Below, one piece after another: positions 61,654 to 64,000 of a stretch of DNA of 64,000 nt. Both the position numbers and the translations under genes were made by a program. The stretch lies in assembly GCA_050575255.1 (NCBI GenBank), contig JBNZDD010013732.1:19875986-19939985 (forward strand). The letters are read 5' to 3'. Numbering within the stretch: position 1 is the stretch's first letter; the number at the start of each line of letters is the position of its first letter. Below the pieces are notes generated by a model. The model was not told the origin of the DNA. It searched no databases and saw only the letters and a list, made by a program, of their open reading frames with translations. This DNA is from Harriotta raleighana (lineage: Eukaryota).

Positions 61654-62798
61654 TAATTCAATCTGCGAACATAAACTGTGTTTAAAAAAAGCCCAGTAAG
61701 CATTAAAATTGTCATTAACTTTGATATCCTCTTTGTTTGTGCCAAGAATACTTAATAAAACAACTTTTTTTTAAACAGTAAGACAAACAAACAGTGAACT
61801 CATTGTGTGGGTGTTAAAAAGATTTTAGTGAAATTGGCCACAATTAGTATTCTGGGAATAAGTTTAAATAATAAAAGCAAAGTTAAAGTTTATGAACTAT
61901 TGACTGTTTCCGACCACTTCGTTATTGACAATCGGCCCCTGTGGTAAAGCCAAGTGGCTTTTCAACGATCAACAGGACCAGGTCAGACCCAAGCATGTTA
62001 CACTGGCTGTTGATGAAGGTCATCCACACAGATATTGCCACCCACAGATTAGCGAGCAATTCCTCAGTTAAAGCCAACAACATTCACAGAGGCGCCTGTC
62101 CAGGAAAAGGAAAACAATTGGGAATAGAGGCAGAAATATATTACCTCGTCCCTGGAGGCAAGTGTGTCCAACCCATCTTATTCGATTTAAACCACACCAC
62201 ATAGAACATAATTAAAACTACCGCAATAAAGGTTTGCTCAATCATTCCAATTGTTGTGGAGACAGGAAACAATTCATTTGGGGAAACGGATTGTTTTCCA
62301 GTCCTATGCTTGTCCAAGGGCAAGAGGGTCTTTTTCAATTAATTCTGCAGTGTATTGTGACATTACTTTTAATTTAATCACTCCTCTTTCAAATTGCCAA
62401 AGCTGACTAGCTAACAAGGTACCACTAATCGACTTGACTAGGAGTCCCAATGGTGCTTGTGTGTATGTGTGTGTGTGGTAGTCTGTACCCATGCATTATG
62501 TAGCCATGGAGTTGGAAATTGTGTCTCAGAATGCATCTCAGTAATGTGCAATACCCAGTCAGACCAAACTAAGGATAATCATTCTAAAGATGCTCTGCAC
62601 AGCAGATCAGATCTGAGACTACCTGTGAAAGCCAGCATAAAGAGATGAAGTAACTGAGGAGAACAAGGATAAAGACAAAAATATATCTTTTGTTTGATAG
62701 CTAACCTGGCTTCATAACCAAGTTAAATGTGTATTTAATGTGGGGAAAATGATCCCACTGACCTTGTCCACAAATCACATTCTCACTTTAACCCAAAT

Positions 62799-63124
62799 GG
62801 AGCTCCTGTGGCTTAGTGGTTAGAGCACTCGCCTTGCAAGCATGAGACCTGTGTTCGAATCCAGGCAGATCAGGGCGAAACCTTGGGCAAGTTTCCTTAC
62901 TCCACACGCCTAATAATAATCCCTCCAAAAAAAACTACAATAATAAAATTGGTCATTTCAATCCACGACTGTTTGTGGGACGCTGCTGTGCGCAATTGGC
63001 TGCCGCGTTCCGCCCACAAATATACAGTCAATTCACTTTACAGTATATTTTGTGAAGCGCTTTGGGACGTTGATAAGATGTGAAAAGCGCTATATCAAAT
63101 GCAAGGATTATTATTATTATTATT
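62799..63124 (+). mobile_element. Young full-length tRNA-derived Deu-domain SINE (L2-dependent)
   Basis: Pol III A box TGGCTTAGTGG and B box GTTCGAATCC; Deu block ctgtttgtgggacgctgctgtgcgcaattggctgccgcg; L2-like tail gaagcgctttgggacg..tgtgaaaagcgctatatcaaatgcaagg; (ATT)n end; CpGs retained. Confidence 0.93.
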
Positions 63125-63361
63125 AAAAGGTAGACACAGCATTCTGAAATATAGCTCTTGTTCTTGATTTAATGTACAAGTTCCCCAGAGTCTATAGAGC
63201 AAACACCAGCTCTGAAAACTTTTCAGGCACTAGGATGCCATCTAAATATAGGTGAAAAGTCTCCATCACGGAGTCTCTGCAACGGCAATAGTCAATATTA
63301 CTTCCATAAGTAACAGATTGCAGGGAATCTGGCCTAGAGGAAAGGGTAGGTGGAATCCTGT

Positions 63362-63683
63362 AGCTCCGTGGTTAGAGCCCTCCCCTTACAAGCGAGAGAC
63401 CTGGGTTTGATTCCCGGCAGGTGAGGGTGAAACGTTGGGCTAGTTTCTTTATCCCCCCCACACACACAGCTGACAATAATCCCTCAAGAAAAAAAGCAAT
63501 AATAAACTGTTCATGGCAATCCACGACTGTTTGTGGGACACTGCTGAGAGCAATTGACTGTTGCATTTCGCCCACAAATATACAGTCAATTCACTTTGCA
63601 ATATATTCCGTGAAGTGCTTTGAGATGTCTAGAAGATGTGAAAAGCACTATATCACTGCAAGGATTATTATTATTATTATTAT
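63362..63683 (+). mobile_element. Full-length tRNA-derived Deu-SINE, older copy
   Basis: gtggttagagccctccccttacaagcgagagacctgggtttgattcccggcag...aggattattattattattatta. Confidence 0.88.
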
Positions 63684-64000
63684 ACAAATCACAGGAAGCC
63701 AGTATGGATATTCTACCTAACAACAAATGAAACAAAGATGAGAAGCATTTATTAGACAATATCTAGTTTCAGGGAAGTGGGCTGGTATCAATGTTACCCG
63801 TATGTAACCCATATGAGTGATGGCCTCAGAACATTTTCAGCCTATGCCCACTTGCTTTGATCTGTCTAAACATTTCTGGAGCAAGTATTTTGAGCGATGT
63901 AACACAAGAGTGAAGTTGGTAATTGTATAAGTAGTTTAGGTCATAATTTAAGTGGCTTGCAGAGGAACATACTCACACAACATTGAAGCATTTTAGCTGA

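Noticed and set aside
62799-62875. tRNA-Ala(TGC) gene
   Set aside because: No proper acceptor stem; continues directly into a SINE body present in many copies
1-64000. CRISPR array, operon or prokaryotic defence system
   Set aside because: No regularly spaced repeat-spacer array and no dense long ORFs; sequence is vertebrate non-coding DNA

Overview
Eukaryotic, repeat-rich, apparently non-coding vertebrate DNA (large intron or intergenic region). The repeat set includes tRNA-headed Deu-domain SINEs with L2-type tails and (ATT)n ends, L2 and CR1 LINE remnants, AmnSINE2-like and LF-SINE-like relics, and pogo/Tigger-like MITEs. This points to a cartilaginous fish, possibly the elephant shark Callorhinchus milii (inference from recalled repeat consensus sequences, not a database search). 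I recognise no host protein-coding exon, rRNA, true tRNA gene or CRISPR array. The only protein motifs with clear support are decayed L2 ORF2 pieces (YADNTQLY RT motif at ~30.9-31.1 kb and C-terminal motifs at 30.4 and 45.8 kb). The window contains one 129-N gap and two single-N junctions with duplicated flanks (assembly artefacts). I did not find convincing evidence of a novel biological system. The best leads are a MITE family carrying an NRF1-like palindrome, a SINE subfamily with a shared insertion junction and swapped tail, a perfect 21-bp-arm hairpin, a diverged direct-repeat pair, several enhancer-like unique segments and two weak exon candidates. Repeat boundaries are read by eye and approximate unless termini are stated.
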